Assembly (NCBI GenBank): GCA_902781465.1
Contig: CACZJK010000001.1
Span: forward strand, 221,242 to 285,241
Reading direction: 5' to 3'
Length of the DNA stretch: 64,000 nucleotides
From: an uncultured Pseudomonadota bacterium
GTDB lineage: Bacteria > Pseudomonadota > Alphaproteobacteria > Rs-D84
Within the stretch, counting starts at the first letter, position 1; every line of letters begins with the position of its first letter. Under the pieces are notes generated by a model, which made no database searches, was not told the DNA's origin, and worked only from the letters and a program-made list of their open reading frames with translations. The position numbers and the translations under genes were made by a program. Shown here in pieces: positions 46,684 to 56,111 of the stretch.

Positions 46684-47955
46684 ATGTATAAAACTTTTTT
46701 TAAAGTGTTTGCTTTGTGTGTGCTTGTTTTAAGTGCGTGTGATTTACAGCCTAAAATTGCATCTATTCCAGACAGTATCGGCATGTTTATTGAAGACAGG
46801 TATCCGGCATTGTTGGCAGATCCTGATACACAACCTGAAATTTATAATTCTGCGGTGACAGATTATGGTGTTTATGCTTCGCCTGAATTATACGGTTCTG
46901 CAAAAGTAGATGATTATGTTTTATATGCCAGCGTTGATGACTATGTCTTGGTTCCTGAAAAAGAAAAGAGGATTGAAAATAAAACTGAACAATATGATGA
47001 TTATTTGGTTGTACCAATGTATGTATCAGATGAAAAAAAACCAAATGATATGATAATTGTGGCCAAAGGCGATACAGTTTATTCATTGGCGCGTAAAAAC
47101 GGTATGACTGTTTCAGAATTCGCAGAAATCAACGATTTACAAGAACCTTATACTTTGTCTGTTGGGCAAAAGTTGACAACACGCAAGGCGGTTGTTAAAG
47201 AACATAATGTTATTGCAAAGGAACAAGCCCCTGTTAAACCAGCCTCTAAACGTATTGAATTACAAGAAATAACAGTGCAAAAGGGCGATACGTTGTATTC
47301 GCTGTCGCGTAAGTATGAAATCCCTGTTAATGATTTGGCGGTTATGAATAAAATATCCAGTCCGTTTGATTTATCGGTTGGGCAAAAAATCAAAGTTCCA
47401 AAGATGGATAATGTGAAAACTGCATCGGTATCAGAAATAAAAACAGGAACTAAAAAAGTAACGGTCGCTAAAATCACGCCGGCAAAAAATACAACAACCG
47501 GAACAGTACAAGTTGCACAAAAACAGAAAATATCTTCAAATCCACAAAAACAATTGCCAAAGGTCGCAGCGCGTTCTGCATCTAAATTCTCTTGGCCTGT
47601 GCGTGGTAAGATTTTGTCGTCCTATGGCGCAAAAAGTAATGGGCTGTTTAATGATGGTATAAATATATCTGCGCCATTGGGCAGTGCAGTCAAGGCGGCC
47701 GAAAATGGTGTTGTTGCGTATGCCGGAAACGAAGTCAAAGGTATGGGTAATTTAATCATTATTCAACACAGTGATGGTTGGATGACAATTTATGCACATT
47801 TAGATTCTATGTCTGTTAAACGCGGAACCCGTGTAGGTGTTGGAACCCAAATAGGTCGTGTTGGAAAAACAGGCAAGGTTGATCAGCCACAATTGCACTT
47901 TGAAATTCGCAAGGGAACAAAAGCATATAACCCAACACAGTATTTGAAAAAATAA
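46684..47955 (+). CDS. LysM-domain M23 peptidase (NlpD-like murein hydrolase activator/endopeptidase)
   Basis: Lipobox-like LSACD. Two LysM repeats (IVAKGDTVYSLARKNG, ITVQKGDTLYSLSRKY). C-terminal M23 domain (HxxxD...HLHFEIR). Confidence 0.8.
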   Translation: MYKTFFKVFALCVLVLSACDLQPKIASIPDSIGMFIEDRYPALLADPDTQPEIYNSAVTDYGVYASPELYGSAKVDDYVLYASVDDYVLVPEKEKRIENKTEQYDDYLVVPMYVSDEKKPNDMIIVAKGDTVYSLARKNGMTVSEFAEINDLQEPYTLSVGQKLTTRKAVVKEHNVIAKEQAPVKPASKRIELQEITVQKGDTLYSLSRKYEIPVNDLAVMNKISSPFDLSVGQKIKVPKMDNVKTASVSEIKTGTKKVTVAKITPAKNTTTGTVQVAQKQKISSNPQKQLPKVAARSASKFSWPVRGKILSSYGAKSNGLFNDGINISAPLGSAVKAAENGVVAYAGNEVKGMGNLIIIQHSDGWMTIYAHLDSMSVKRGTRVGVGTQIGRVGKTGKVDQPQLHFEIRKGTKAYNPTQYLKK

Positions 47956-47957
47956 AA

Positions 47958-47980
47958 AGGCATCATTTGATGCCTTTTTT
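47958..47980. terminator. Bidirectional terminator (aaaaaggcatcatttgatgccttttttat)
   Basis: Hairpin with A/T flanks between convergent genes. Confidence 0.7.
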
Positions 47981-47990
47981 ATAATGATGT

Positions 47991-48530
47991 TTATTTCATC
48001 GTTCCCCATGCGGCTTTATATCCACCATCGCGGGTCAGTACTAATTTAGCATTATTTAACTGAGAAGCGGCCAATCCGCGAACAATATAAGATTCTTGCA
48101 AGCGTCCCTTTGACGGAACCGTCAATTGAGGTAATTCAATTGCCATTGCTTCGGTGTCACAACAGATACTGTCATTGCAGGCGCCACATTGATATACTTG
48201 GGCTGTATAAACTTTGCCAGGGCGTAAATCAATCAAATCTACAACCATTTTCAAGCCGTCATCGGTTTCTGTGAATTTTATATATCCCATTTCAGATGTG
48301 CCACCATTGGCAGAACGAGTGTACATATTTGCTTTGATATTATGAACATCGCCAGCACCATAAGATTGTTGGAATACAACAGGTTTATCGTGTTTTTTAT
48401 GATGTTTGTATTCTTTGTATTGTTGTTCGTGACGTGGTGCATGTGTGCCAGTTGGACATTTTGTGCATCCTGCGGTCAGCAGAGAGATAGCACAAAGAGA
48501 TGTCATTATAAATAAAGTTTTAGTTTTCAT
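47991..48530 (-). CDS. Lipoprotein with degenerate Cu/Zn-superoxide-dismutase-like sequence, hypothetical
   Basis: Lipobox LLTAGC. The segment LRPGKVYTAQVYQCGAC resembles the SodC LxPGxHGFHxHxxGxC region but the metal-binding His residues are absent. Confidence 0.35.
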   Translation of the reverse strand: MKTKTLFIMTSLCAISLLTAGCTKCPTGTHAPRHEQQYKEYKHHKKHDKPVVFQQSYGAGDVHNIKANMYTRSANGGTSEMGYIKFTETDDGLKMVVDLIDLRPGKVYTAQVYQCGACNDSICCDTEAMAIELPQLTVPSKGRLQESYIVRGLAASQLNNAKLVLTRDGGYKAAWGTMK

Positions 48531-48694
48531 AAATTTTCTCCTTTGGTTATTTATGACTGCATAAATATTTTATAATAATAAATGCGATATATCGTCAGGT
48601 TTCAATGCCTAAAAGCCAGGAAACTATGCGGATTCGGCATTTTTTAGATAAAAACTTGCATTTAGTAAAAAAAGCATATACAATTCACACCACT

Positions 48695-48770
48695 GGATGC
48701 ATAGCTCAGTTGGTAGAGCAACTGACTCTTAATCAGTGGGTCCAGGGTTCGAGTCCCTGTGCGTCCACCA
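48695..48770 (+). tRNA. tRNA-Lys (anticodon CUU)
   Basis: 76 nt cloverleaf with a 7-bp acceptor stem GGATGCA/TGCGTCC (one G-U pair), anticodon loop CUCUUAA, T-arm GGTTCGAGTCC, and encoded CCA. Confidence 0.9.
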
Positions 48771-48805
48771 GAAATAAAAACCACCGCAAGGTGGTGTTTT
48801 TATTT
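48752..48805 (+). repeat. Direct repeat copy 1: tRNA-Lys 3' end (from T-arm) plus terminator, 54 nt
   Basis: agtccctgtgcgtccaccagaaataaaaaccaccgcaaggtggtgtttttatt is repeated at 48912-48965 with a single A insertion. Confidence 0.8.
48781..48805 (+). terminator. Rho-independent terminator after tRNA-Lys (ccaccgcaaggtgg + T-run)
   Basis: GNRA-loop hairpin followed by TGTTTTTATTT. Confidence 0.75.
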
Positions 48806-48911
48806 ATGTCGCACATCAGGACGAAAACCCTTGTTCGACTATGAGTAAGCGAAAACGAGAGTATCGAAGTTTGAGTGCTAACGAATGCGGCGCAGGCATT
48901 TATGCCGAGCC

Positions 48912-48965
48912 AGTCCCTGTGCGTCCACCAGAAATAAAAAACCACCGCAAGGTGGTGTTTTTATT
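48912..48965 (+). repeat. Direct repeat copy 2 (att-like duplicate of tRNA-Lys 3' end plus terminator)
   Basis: 53/54 identity to 48752-48805, 107 bp downstream of copy 1. Abuts the stop codon of the P2 paralog. Confidence 0.8.
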
Positions 48966-49668
48966 CCCCGCATGTTGTATCATCGCACACGTAATATATC
49001 GTATTGTTGAATTCCAGTTTTAAATAGTGTTCGCTGTCGCGGTTCATATATGTTGGAATTGTTGTCATATTCGCATAAAAGATACCGTCGTTCATACCGA
49101 TATTTAACGATGGCGTGGTCAGTTTATCAGATTTCAAATAAACCACATCGTCCCCAATATGTAATATGTGTGGATAACAATATGCAGTTCCGCCTGGCGC
49201 ATATGTTCCGTTTGGGCATGGTTCGATACCTTGGTCGGTTGTTTCGTTAAATGTATATGTTCCACCAATACACTTATTACCAATGGTGCATGTTGAACAA
49301 GAAACGCTGTTCATTGGTAAATAATACCCCGCATTACAAAGAATTGTTTTTGGAGTCCACATCGCGTATAATTCAGCCGGAAAATTGGTCGAACAAACAT
49401 TATTTCCGCCAGACGTTATCTTTTGTGTCCAATCTATGCCTGATGATTTTTGCTCGTTAAAAGTCAGTTCTCCACCATTGCAAGAATACCCATTTGGGCA
49501 ATTCATACAATTTATAGAATTAGCCGGCAAAAATTGATTTGCATCACAATTTATGTTTTTTGGTGAAAAGAAAGCATACATTTCACCAATCCCAGAATCG
49601 CAAACCAGGTCATCTGCGAAAGATGGCATAACAAAAACGAAAAACAACAAAGGAAATATTTTTATCAT
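48961..49668 (-). CDS. Secreted Cys-rich tandem-repeat protein P2 (cassette copy 2)
   Basis: Signal peptide MIKIFPLLFFVFVMPSFA. Same two-repeat Cys pattern (C..[5]...LPAN...C..CP....C.GG...FN) and conserved C-terminal domain as 36961-37674. Confidence 0.6.
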   Translation of the reverse strand: MIKIFPLLFFVFVMPSFADDLVCDSGIGEMYAFFSPKNINCDANQFLPANSINCMNCPNGYSCNGGELTFNEQKSSGIDWTQKITSGGNNVCSTNFPAELYAMWTPKTILCNAGYYLPMNSVSCSTCTIGNKCIGGTYTFNETTDQGIEPCPNGTYAPGGTAYCYPHILHIGDDVVYLKSDKLTTPSLNIGMNDGIFYANMTTIPTYMNRDSEHYLKLEFNNTIYYVCDDTTCGE

Positions 49669-49670
49669 GA

Positions 49671-50414
49671 TTAATCCAATTGTTTTTCAGCAATCCAACC
49701 ACCACGATTATAATCGTCCCAATTTCCGTGATATCGCAAGAGCCATTTTCCAGAATAAGGGTAATTGTTTACGATGCGTGTATAGTATGTGCCATTGGAA
49801 TTTGTTTGTTTTGCGAGAACCAAAAAAAATTGTCCAGGCTGATATTTTTTGCCAAGAAAATTTACTACAGTATCTACATTCGTCGCCCATCTTGTACCGT
49901 ACGACCATATATTATGCATGTCTGTATATATGCTATTTTCAATGGTAATTCTTGGTGTGGTTTGGCTGATGCAATCACTATAAAGATTTTTATTAATATA
50001 AACATAACAAGAAGCTCCATAAGGGGTTGCCCAGTCAGAAAAAGATCGAGTTATATTTGTTATTCGTATTTCTATTTCTTCGTCTTTGTATTCTGGGACA
50101 TCGCTGGCGTTATTAACTATTATATAATCGTTTTCACGGGGAATATTTGAACCGTTTGTATCGCCCAGGTAGTCGCCGGTGTTGGTTGGTATGTTATTCC
50201 AGGTTGCAAATGTTCCGCGATAAAATACAGGGGCCCAGCCGTCAAAATCATATCCGTATTTTGTTGGTGTTGGTGGTAAATTTACCGCGCCCCCAACAGT
50301 ACAAGTTTGTGTGGCGTATGTTTCGTTATCTATAACAAATTTTAAATCGGTTGTTTCTGGCCATGCGTCAACGCAGATAAACATTGTGCATAAAATAAAG
50401 GCGATTCGTTTCAT
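49671..50414 (-). CDS. Secreted protein P1 (cassette copy 2)
   Basis: Signal peptide MKRIAFILCTMFICVDA. Paralog of 36202-36954. GGAGAG RBS. Stop lies 2 nt before the P2 start. The ORF track extends to 50426. Confidence 0.6.
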   Translation of the reverse strand: MKRIAFILCTMFICVDAWPETTDLKFVIDNETYATQTCTVGGAVNLPPTPTKYGYDFDGWAPVFYRGTFATWNNIPTNTGDYLGDTNGSNIPRENDYIIVNNASDVPEYKDEEIEIRITNITRSFSDWATPYGASCYVYINKNLYSDCISQTTPRITIENSIYTDMHNIWSYGTRWATNVDTVVNFLGKKYQPGQFFLVLAKQTNSNGTYYTRIVNNYPYSGKWLLRYHGNWDDYNRGGWIAEKQLD

Positions 50415-50427
50415 CTGGCTCTCCATC

Positions 50428-50622
50428 TTTGATTTGAATCAAAACACCGCCAGAAAATCGGGCGGTTGGAGGTTAGATACTATTATTGTGGAATAGTGCG
50501 TTTATTCAATATATTCACGACCCTCCAACCACATGTTGGAGACATCTTTTTCGTCATCGTCTTTTTTTGACGCCACAATATCGGGTATCTACCCCCGATC
50601 AGCAAAACTCTTGCTGACAATG
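50428..50622 (-). ncRNA. Conserved structured leader RNA, copy C (candidate riboswitch/attenuator), minus strand
   Basis: The reverse complement reads TTGTCAGCAAGAGTTTTGCTGATCGGGGG, then the hairpin GCGTC..GACG, the hairpin TCTCCAAC-ATGT-GGTTGGAGG, GTGAATATATTGAATAAACGCAC, and CCTCCAACCGCC-CGATTTTCTG-GCGGTGTTTTG, followed by TTTGATTCAAATCAAA and then GGAGAG and the ATG. Confidence 0.6.
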
Positions 50623-50689
50623 TTATTATAGCAATAAAAGCTTTCTTTTTAAAGTTGAAATTTCATGATAACTTTATATCATTTAATTT

Positions 50690-51376
50690 ATGAAAATTAT
50701 AGATGCACACAGTCATATTGATTATATAACTCATAATTTACAACCTGATGTTGTTGGAACAATTTGTTGTACAACAAATGAAGCCGAATGGACTGTTTTG
50801 CAGAATCAAATATCCGGTGATAAAAATCTTTATGGTGCGTTTGGTGTTCATCCTTGGTTTGTAACTGACATAAATGGTGATTTCGAAAAACGTTTAGAGT
50901 GCATTCTTGAATCAAACGATTCGTTTATGGTGGGTGAAATCGGACTGGATAAACATAAACCAGATATGGATAAACAAATTGAACTTTTTCAAAAACAATT
51001 GGATGTTGCGATTAAATTAAAGCGTGCTGTATTTTTACATTGTGTTGGTGCGTGGGATAAAATATTACATATCTTAAAACAATATAAGAAATCTGAATTG
51101 CCAATTATTGTTGCGCATGCTTTTAATGGCAGTGATGAAATATTAAAAAAACTGATTGAAAATTATAATGTTTTATTTTCATTTGGTAAAATCGATAAAC
51201 CACAGGAAATAAACCGTATACAACAAATTCCAACAGATAAAATCTTGGTTGAATCAGATGCCAAACCAGATGTTATTTTGCTTGATACAATCAATAAAAT
51301 ATCAAATATAAAAAACAAATCAGATATTTCTGATATAATATATAATAATACATCAAAGGTATTAAATAATGGATAG
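50690..51376 (+). CDS. tatD: TatD-family metal-dependent hydrolase/DNase
   Basis: N-terminal IDAHSHID motif and TIM-barrel TatD pattern. 228 aa. Confidence 0.8.
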   Translation: MKIIDAHSHIDYITHNLQPDVVGTICCTTNEAEWTVLQNQISGDKNLYGAFGVHPWFVTDINGDFEKRLECILESNDSFMVGEIGLDKHKPDMDKQIELFQKQLDVAIKLKRAVFLHCVGAWDKILHILKQYKKSELPIIVAHAFNGSDEILKKLIENYNVLFSFGKIDKPQEINRIQQIPTDKILVESDAKPDVILLDTINKISNIKNKSDISDIIYNNTSKVLNNG

Positions 51377-52043
51377 ATTACAAAGAATTAGACTTTTGTT
51401 TGGTGAAGAATCTGTAAAAAAATTACAACAATCAACAGTAATGGTTGTTGGTTGTGGTGCGGTTGGTTCTTTTGCAATTGAATCTTTGGCGCGCAGTGGG
51501 GTGGGGCACTTGGTTTTGGTTGATTTTGATAAAGTCGAAGAATCGAATATAAATCGCCAATTGTTTGCACTGGATTCGACAATCGGAAAAAATAAAGTTG
51601 AAGTTGCCAAATCAAGAATTCTTGATATCAATCCGAATATAAAAGTGGATGTATTTAATATATTTTTTGATGATAAAACAAATTTAGATATTAAACCTGA
51701 TTTTGTAATTGATGCGATTGACAGTGTTCAATCAAAGATAGCGCTTTATAAATGGTGTTTTGATAATAATATCCCTTTTATTTCCAGTATGGGTGCTGCG
51801 CGCAAAACCGACCCATCAAAGATAAAGATAGATAAAATATCAAAAACAACGGTATGTCCATTGGCTTCTAAAATAAGACATATTGTAAAGGACGAAAGAT
51901 TAAAAGATTTTCCTGTGGTTTATTCAACCGAAGTTGCATCGCCACAACCAAATGGTGGTCGCGAATTTGGTTCAATAATAACAGTGACAGGAACGTTCGG
52001 TTTGTTGTTGTCTGATTTTGTTATTAAAAAATTGATTTCCTAA
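51369..52043 (+). CDS. tcdA: tRNA threonylcarbamoyladenosine dehydratase TcdA (ThiF/MoeB/E1-like)
   Basis: Rossmann GxGxxG (VVGCGAVGSFAIESLARSGVGHLVLVDFD) and a downstream NRQ motif. Overlaps tatD by 8 nt. Confidence 0.75.
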   Translation: MDRLQRIRLLFGEESVKKLQQSTVMVVGCGAVGSFAIESLARSGVGHLVLVDFDKVEESNINRQLFALDSTIGKNKVEVAKSRILDINPNIKVDVFNIFFDDKTNLDIKPDFVIDAIDSVQSKIALYKWCFDNNIPFISSMGAARKTDPSKIKIDKISKTTVCPLASKIRHIVKDERLKDFPVVYSTEVASPQPNGGREFGSIITVTGTFGLLLSDFVIKKLIS

Positions 52044-52171
52044 ATCTTTTGTATGCGGCGGTTTTTGTGGGTTATGAAGTGTTTCCTATGGATACATGCC
52101 TATATAAATATTGTATGTTGTCTGATAGAATACAAAGTGTTGAGATTAATCAGCAACAAAAGGAGAAACTT

Positions 52172-52774
52172 ATGAAAAAACTTATTGCCACTTCAATGGC
52201 AGTATTAATCGCCGCACCAGCATTCGCAGGTGGACGAAATTATGAACAACAAACAACCAGTTTTATGGGTTGGGATATCTTGCCTTATGTGGCATTACGT
52301 GGTGGTGCTACGTACGGTAATTTGAATTACAGTTATAATGACACCAAAGAAAGTGTATCACAAAACTTATACCAAGCACGCGCAGCATTAGGTTTGGCTT
52401 TGTATGATAAAACACGTGTTGAAATCGAAGGTTCCTTGTTTACAAAAGGAAATAAAATAAAAGGTTTTGGTGATGCACAAAATGTAAGCGTTTCTTCCAA
52501 GAATATAGAATTGATGGCAAACGCATATATGGATTTGTGGCATTTCCATTATATTAAACCTTTCGTAGGTCTTGGTGCCGGTCTTGCCTTTATGGATATA
52601 CAGGCAGATGAAGCAAGTAAAAGTAATACAAACTTTTCTGCAATGGGTACTTTGGGTTTGGCAATGCCTTTTGGCTGTTTCGATGTTGAAGTCGCGGCCC
52701 GTTATAACTATATCGATGTTGCATCTGGAATGCATAATTTCAGCGGTGATATTGGTATCCGTTATAAATTCTAA
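52172..52774 (+). CDS. Small outer-membrane beta-barrel protein (Omp25/OmpA-beta-barrel-like)
   Basis: AGGAGA RBS. Signal peptide MKKLIATSMAVLIAAPAFA. About 8 predicted strands. C-terminal GIRYKF. Start moved to ATG 52172 from the ORF-track start 52049. Confidence 0.6.
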   Translation: MKKLIATSMAVLIAAPAFAGGRNYEQQTTSFMGWDILPYVALRGGATYGNLNYSYNDTKESVSQNLYQARAALGLALYDKTRVEIEGSLFTKGNKIKGFGDAQNVSVSSKNIELMANAYMDLWHFHYIKPFVGLGAGLAFMDIQADEASKSNTNFSAMGTLGLAMPFGCFDVEVAARYNYIDVASGMHNFSGDIGIRYKF

Positions 52775-52796
52775 AAACTTTCCTCGTTTCGCTTTG

Positions 52797-52823
52797 AAAT
52801 CCCGTCTTGAACGGGATTTTTTT
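52797..52823 (+). terminator. Rho-independent terminator (aaatcccgtcttgaacgggattttttt)
   Basis: Perfect 8-bp stem plus a T7 run. Confidence 0.75.
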
Positions 52824-52845
52824 GTGTGCTATATTTTTGGATGTT

Positions 52846-54138
52846 ATGAATAAATACCTAATATCCTTTTTGTTGTTTTGTGTTTGTTTCAGCGTGCGTG
52901 CAGAGATCCCTGCTGTTTATTCTCATGGTCAAAAAATAGTGCAAATCAATAATGGCGGGACGTTCGATTTTAATGAAATTAAAAATACAGTTGCTGATAA
53001 ATATGATTTTGCTGACTCGGTTGTGATTATTGATAATTTTTCAGATTGGCAAAATTGGAACGCAAATGTAGAGTGGGGATCAGGTGTTCATTTATATGTG
53101 AATAATATGGATGTTTCTGATGATGGTGAAATAATCAATCATGTCAAAGCAACCAGTTTTAACCAACCAAATGTGACGGTCAAAGATACAGGTAATTTGT
53201 ATAAAACAGGATTGCGAGTGCAATCGTCCAGTAAAGTATTCTTGACCAGTGTTCGTGAAACTAATTATAAAAAAGTATTTAACGATTCCCGCGGAACTTT
53301 ATTGGAAAATATAAGACAGAATAATCCAAATGACAAAATGTTATCTGTGATGGACAGGGCGCGTAATATGCAAGAAATAAATTCTGTTATGAATTCTGCA
53401 TATCATTTTAAGCCGATTATTTTGATGAATCCAGTAAAGACCGTCAATCGTTCGGCCATGTTAAATTTCTTAACAGATGAAGAAGATATAGGAATCGGGG
53501 CAAATATTGATTATCTGGGGGCTGATAAATTTAATAATTTTGGTGGCCATCTTTATATCGCTGATAAGTATGATGATTCCTATATAAAGATAAGTCTTAA
53601 TTTTAATCGTTTCGATTATTCAGATGACTTTAATGATTTTGATGGCTTGTCCTATGGAATTGATTTGCGCGCTAAACAATATATAAATAAAATTTGGTTG
53701 GACGGAATTCTTGGAATAAATCAGACTGCTTTTAATGCGGATAATGTATATGATAATGGTAATATATTAAATAATCCAAAAGGAATGTCTGAATATGCAC
53801 GGTTAAGTTTCGGCTATGATTATACAAAATTTGATAGTTTAATTCTTTCACCATTTGTTGGATTTTTGCTTCAAAATACAGATATTGTTGGGAATAGGGA
53901 TGCTGATATAAATTTACATGGTGGTTTAATTGGTAAATATAAATTTATAATGGATGGCATAAGATACGAATACGGTGCGTTCGCGGCAACTGATGAAAAG
54001 GCAAATTGGAATGCTGGTGCAAATATAGGCTTTATGTCTTTGGCCGATTATGCAGGTGCAAATTTTGGAATAAATATGTTCAAGGACGAATTTGGCATTA
54101 ATTACAAATTCACCATAAAAGCAAAATTATCTTTCTAA
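52846..54138 (+). CDS. Outer-membrane protein with C-terminal beta-barrel (autotransporter-beta-domain-like), hypothetical
   Basis: Signal peptide MNKYLISFLLFCVCFSVRA. Asn/Gly/Tyr-rich strands. C-terminal KAKLSF. Confidence 0.45.
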   Translation: MNKYLISFLLFCVCFSVRAEIPAVYSHGQKIVQINNGGTFDFNEIKNTVADKYDFADSVVIIDNFSDWQNWNANVEWGSGVHLYVNNMDVSDDGEIINHVKATSFNQPNVTVKDTGNLYKTGLRVQSSSKVFLTSVRETNYKKVFNDSRGTLLENIRQNNPNDKMLSVMDRARNMQEINSVMNSAYHFKPIILMNPVKTVNRSAMLNFLTDEEDIGIGANIDYLGADKFNNFGGHLYIADKYDDSYIKISLNFNRFDYSDDFNDFDGLSYGIDLRAKQYINKIWLDGILGINQTAFNADNVYDNGNILNNPKGMSEYARLSFGYDYTKFDSLILSPFVGFLLQNTDIVGNRDADINLHGGLIGKYKFIMDGIRYEYGAFAATDEKANWNAGANIGFMSLADYAGANFGINMFKDEFGINYKFTIKAKLSF

Positions 54139-54140
54139 GA

Positions 54141-55442
54141 TTATTTAATTATTTCACCGCGCAGGCATGATTTATTCGCATCTGTTATTTTTATTTTTTG
54201 TAAAGGTGTGATTTCTCCATCTGGTTTTTCAACAATACATTGTTGCATATAAGGCGTACGGAATACCAAATGACGGCCAGTTTTATCAACACTTTCATAT
54301 AAACAAATCATTTCTTGACCAATACAAGACATATTAAATTCGCGTTGGTTTTCATTTAATTGTGAATCAAGTCTTTGCAGGCGAACAGATTTTATTTGTT
54401 CGCTGATTTGATTAGGCATCAATGCAGCGCCTGTATGAGGGCGCGGTGAATATTTGAAAGAATAAGAATTGATGTATTTTATATCGCGTGCTATCTGTAA
54501 AGTTTGTTCAAAATCTTCATCACTTTCATCTGGGAATCCAACGATAAAGTCAGAAGATATTTGAATATCCGGACGAACGTTTTTTAATTTTTTTACAATT
54601 GTTTTATATGCTTCTATATCATCTGGTCTGTTCATACGTTTAAGAACACGTGGAGAGCCACTTTGAATTGGCATATTCAAAAATGGTAATAATTTTGGTT
54701 CAATTCCAAACATTTCTATAAGGTCATCTGACATTTCTGTTGGATAACTGGAAGTAAAGCGTATACGGTGGATTTCGGGCAGTTTAGCCGTTTCACGAAT
54801 TAAATCAGACAGTTTATAAAGTTTGCCATTTTCATCTGTATATTTATATCCATTTACATTTTGTCCAAGGAAACATATTTCAATTGCGCCTGTTTTTGCG
54901 GCGTTTATTGTGTCCGCAATAACATCGTTAAACGGACGTGATAATTCGCGACCGCGAGTATAAGGAACAATACAATATGTACAACAATGATTACATCCTT
55001 CCTGAATTGGAATATATGCGACAAGTGGGGTCTTGGTCATTTGTGGTAATTCATCAAATTTTTCAAGTCCGCCCAAATCAATATTTAATAATTTGGTATC
55101 AGGGTTCTTTATAATTTCTGGTAATTTATGATAACTTTGTGGGCCAAGTACAAAATTTAATTCAGGAATGCGTTTGAAAGCATCGGCCCCAGATTCGCGC
55201 GCAACACATCCAACAATTCCAAATATAGCAGATTCTTTTTTTGCAGCGCGTATACGACCCAGTGCAGAATAAACTTTATTGGTTGCCTTTTCACGAACAG
55301 AGCAGGTGTTCAAAATAATTATGTCGGCATCAGATACGTCTTCTGTCTGTGTTAAACCGTGTTTTTCCAGCATGGCGGCGATTCTTTGACCGTCATACAC
55401 ATTCATTTGGCAACCAAAAGTTTGTATAAAAAATTTCTGCAT
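54141..55442 (-). CDS. miaB: tRNA-2-methylthio-N6-dimethylallyladenosine synthase MiaB
   Basis: MTTase N-terminal domain (IQTFGCQMNVYD). Radical-SAM CNHCCTYC. C-terminal TRAM domain. Confidence 0.8.
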   Translation of the reverse strand: MQKFFIQTFGCQMNVYDGQRIAAMLEKHGLTQTEDVSDADIIILNTCSVREKATNKVYSALGRIRAAKKESAIFGIVGCVARESGADAFKRIPELNFVLGPQSYHKLPEIIKNPDTKLLNIDLGGLEKFDELPQMTKTPLVAYIPIQEGCNHCCTYCIVPYTRGRELSRPFNDVIADTINAAKTGAIEICFLGQNVNGYKYTDENGKLYKLSDLIRETAKLPEIHRIRFTSSYPTEMSDDLIEMFGIEPKLLPFLNMPIQSGSPRVLKRMNRPDDIEAYKTIVKKLKNVRPDIQISSDFIVGFPDESDEDFEQTLQIARDIKYINSYSFKYSPRPHTGAALMPNQISEQIKSVRLQRLDSQLNENQREFNMSCIGQEMICLYESVDKTGRHLVFRTPYMQQCIVEKPDGEITPLQKIKITDANKSCLRGEIIK

Positions 55443-55453
55443 TTTTTAATTCT

Positions 55454-55909
55454 TTATTTTTGATACTGTTCCCAGGCAGATTTTATTTGCTGTTGTTTTA
55501 AGATGTGTTCTTCGTGTTGCAGACGAAGTTCATGCGATTTAGCCATCGCTTCATTTATAACTTCTCTGTCTTCTGGCAGAATAAATTTGCGAAGACGTTT
55601 GTTTGCCTGTTTTTTCAAAAGTTTTTTATAATGTGCTTCGGCATCAGATTTTGCAACAGGACTTTTAATTTGATATAAAACTCTTATTTCTATCGCGTTG
55701 GCAATAGGTATCAAATTTGCTGTTTTTTTAGATTTTTTATAAGTGTTTGAACGAATATTTGATTGTTTTGTTTTTGTTGTTTTATTTACAGAAACTTTTT
55801 TATTTGTTGCTTTTTTGTATGGAACAGTTTTTACTGTTGTGCCAATTTCAACAGTACCGTAAACAATACCTGTCACATGATTGTTTTCAATAATTGTTAT
55901 TGCTTTCAT
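55454..55909 (-). CDS. Hypothetical Lys-rich protein (151 aa)
   Basis: ORF between gatB and miaB on the same strand. Highly basic, low-complexity middle region. Confidence 0.35.
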   Translation of the reverse strand: MKAITIIENNHVTGIVYGTVEIGTTVKTVPYKKATNKKVSVNKTTKTKQSNIRSNTYKKSKKTANLIPIANAIEIRVLYQIKSPVAKSDAEAHYKKLLKKQANKRLRKFILPEDREVINEAMAKSHELRLQHEEHILKQQQIKSAWEQYQK

Positions 55910-56111
55910 TTTTTTATATCTCTTTCTACTTGTGTCTTGTTCTTTTTATTGTTCGCATTTGTTGATATTGTCTGGCACGTGCTTTGGTATAAGAATCGTG
56001 AAAAGATTTATATTGCCGGTTCTTTTGTGAACTATCAATCTTTGCGAGTGCTGCTAAATTTAGCATTTCACGATTTATCAACGCAAAAACATGAACCATA
56101 TCTTTCATAAA

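Noticed and set aside
48605-48844. 79-aa ORF overlapping tRNA-Lys
   Set aside because: It reads through the tRNA gene and terminator and is explained by the tRNA feature.
48806-48911. Looked for an integrase, transposase or phage genes associated with the tRNA-Lys att-like duplication
   Set aside because: None is present. The 107-bp spacer encodes nothing recognisable, so no intact mobile element is called and only the repeat scar is reported.
55926-56108. 60-aa basic ORF between gatB and the Lys-rich ORF
   Set aside because: It is very short with no RBS or recognisable motif and may be a non-coding spacer, so it was not listed as a feature.
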